Assembly: GCA_020891255.1 (NCBI GenBank)
Contig: BQFW01000011.1
Location: forward strand, 434,001 to 498,000
Source of the DNA: Entomortierella parvispora E1425
Lineage: Eukaryota > Fungi > Mortierellomycota
Direction: 5' to 3'
DNA length: 64,000 bases
The position numbers and the translations under genes are program-made. Below are positions 62,017 through 64,000 of this stretch, piece after piece (positions within the stretch are counted from its first letter, which is position 1; each line of letters starts with the position of its first letter). Below the pieces are notes generated by a model. The model worked only from the letters and a program-made list of their open reading frames with translations, ran no database searches and was not told the DNA's origin.

Positions 62017-62886
62017 ATGCCAGCTTCAGTTGTCGGAAAATATCTCAGGAACAGAGCGCCTTTGATCGCGGCTATCCTCTTGATCGAGTGCCTTGCTATC
62101 GTTTGGTTCAAAGGCCCTTCTTCCTTCTCCATCCCATCACCATCACCATCACCATCATTAGCAACATCCACCAGCTCCATACTGACCAGGAACAAGGCCA
62201 TCAACAGGAACGTTCCGTTGGCCCTAGGACTTGAAGATGCGACGACACCTCTTCCCTATCATCGATACACGCAATCGGTCCTCCGGAATCCCGCTCGCAA
62301 ACAAACAAAGTCAACTACTATTCGTACAATTCATCACAAACAAGCGCAAGTACCTCAGGCATCAAATGGAATGGAGCAATCGAAACTGTCGCAGAAACGA
62401 TCGTTGCTTGAGGCGTCACCTCTATCGCTACGAAGGCAGGGGAAAACACACCGTGGTGGACCTCGCCGACTACAAAAGCAAGAACAAGAACAGAAGCGGC
62501 AACCATCCAAGATAGCGGCGGTGGATACTCCTAAGCGTGTCAAGACTGAGCAGGTTCATCGCAAGGGTAGCCAGCGTGGATCAAAGAAATCAAACATGGA
62601 CGAAAAGCACAGCGAAATATCAAAATCACAAGAAACGGTCTCGGCAACTTTTGCTTCCCAAAACAGGCAGAAGAAACGACCCTTGACCAAACAAGAGAAA
62701 AAATCGTCCCAATTGATCCCAGTGATGGACGAGGAAGGCGAGGCGATCAAGGACCATTTCGTATCGCCCAGAGACATTGACGGGGATGGCACTCCAGACT
62801 CTTATGTCTTGCTTCGCCCCGCTATGGGAAAGCAAAAATATATGATGGACGTTGGGCTGTTTGATGAGACACTTATCCACACGTAA
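62017..62886 (+). CDS. Hypothetical type II membrane protein with a C-terminal DxDxDG motif
   Basis: 289-aa single-exon ORF; TM LIAAILLIECLAIVWF near the N-terminus; long K/Q/S-rich stalk; RDIDGDGTPD near the C-terminus. Confidence 0.65.
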   Translation: MPASVVGKYLRNRAPLIAAILLIECLAIVWFKGPSSFSIPSPSPSPSLATSTSSILTRNKAINRNVPLALGLEDATTPLPYHRYTQSVLRNPARKQTKSTTIRTIHHKQAQVPQASNGMEQSKLSQKRSLLEASPLSLRRQGKTHRGGPRRLQKQEQEQKRQPSKIAAVDTPKRVKTEQVHRKGSQRGSKKSNMDEKHSEISKSQETVSATFASQNRQKKRPLTKQEKKSSQLIPVMDEEGEAIKDHFVSPRDIDGDGTPDSYVLLRPAMGKQKYMMDVGLFDETLIHT

Positions 62887-63123
62887 GATAATACCACACA
62901 GAACCATTAAAAAAAGAGCATCCAAATCCATTTCTCCTTGCGTAGAGACCCAAGTTTAATACATATGCTCCGTCAGTCAGGTAGCGTTGAGTTCTTCGGT
63001 ATCCTGCTTCCCGACCGGAGGTCAAAGGAATATCGTTCTATATAATATTTGATCTATTCCAATGCCCTTTATCCGCGCCTCATCCAGGGTTCAAGGACAA
63101 CAAACCTCCTCTACCATGGGTCC

Positions 63124-64000
63124 TTAGGCATCCTCATTTCCGTCTCCCTGCCACAGTCCATAGCGTTTTCCTGGTGTGGTTTGCCAGAGACGGATAGTAC
63201 CGTCTTCCGAGCCAGTAGCGTATAATTCGCCATCAGGGCTGTAACTGACAGTGTGGACTGGTCCATGGTGACCCTTGTACACCTCAAGCTCACGGCCAGA
63301 CTCAAAGTCGTAGATGCGAACCCAGAGATCAGACGAGCCTCCGGCGACAAAGCGGGTATGGTTAGGATGCAAAGACACCGCAGAGACATCGTACTCGGTC
63401 TTGATGTGCTTTCTTAATGTGTATCTGTTTCAAAGAATCAAAACAATAACCTTTTCAGCATTCCGACATGCTTGGTCCATAGATAGCGACTTGACTGAAC
63501 ATACTGATACTTACGTTTGAGCATCCCAGAAGTAAACGGATTTGCCAGTCGTTGCGGTAATATATTGTCCATCTGCTGATAGCTCCATTGATGCAATAGG
63601 TCCGTCCATCTTGCAGGAGTGCACTTGGTTGAATGTGCGAGGATCCAAGACTCTACAGTAGCGCAATAGCACAGTGGCACAAATCAATTAGTGTCAAAGC
63701 ATAAAGGTACGCGCGCAAGCCCATAGATGTCAAACGCTGCTTGTACCTGATCTCTGTATCTTCGCCAGAGCTGAGGATCATATTCCTTGGCCCATCCCAG
63801 ACTACATTTCTGATAACGGAGGAATGGCCTTCGTTGGTCAAGAGGGCTTGTCCTGCCATGTCCTCCCGGTTCAAATCAAAGATTCTCAGTTTCTTCTCCA
63901 TGCCTCCCGTAACAATACGACTTCCGTCACCAGAAAAGTCACCAGCGCGGACAATATGTTGATGTGGGAAAGAGTGCAAGATATCGCCTGTGTATGTATC
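63124..64000 (-). CDS. STRAP: WD40 serine-threonine kinase receptor-associated protein (STRAP/UNRIP), 5' end outside the window
   Basis: HSFPHQHIVRA, TGGMEKKLRIFDL, SLHPNHTRFVAGG, GHHGPVHTVSYSPDGELYATGSEDGTIRLWQ, YGLWQ. Confidence 0.9.

Overview
Gene-dense, intron-rich eukaryotic DNA of roughly 50% GC. Gene content and intron style suggest an early-diverging fungus, probably Mortierellaceae-like (inference). About 24 ordinary genes can be reconstructed across GT-AG introns: NIPA-like transporter (partial), PAS-kinase-like kinase, M28 aminopeptidase, TBCC, PDK1/Pkh, ClpP, GalE, CLU1, MEX67, mL46, HPM1, UTP17, Bud21/Utp16-like, an ATP-grasp-like protein, LITAF, calnexin, ZUP1, G-alpha, CRD1, phytochelatin synthase, RSA3, RPL35, an orphan membrane protein and STRAP (partial). 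The exception is a ~4 kb decayed insert between CLU1 and MEX67 (about 22.6-26.7 kb, minus strand). Stitching its frameshifted fragments gives an N-terminal XPG/FEN1-type (PIN-like) nuclease domain followed by a Fanzor/TnpB-like RuvC + zinc-finger domain. The insert has spliceosomal introns, NLS-like basic tracts and hairpins where an omegaRNA would lie. I propose this as a candidate dual-nuclease (FEN1-like + RNA-guided Fanzor) element; this copy is a pseudogene. Secondary points are two GC-AG introns, a phytochelatin synthase with a mitochondrial-presequence-like N-terminus, a PH-less PDK1 and several head-to-head pairs of functionally related genes. All calls come from manual motif recognition; no database searches were run and exon boundaries are hand-placed.
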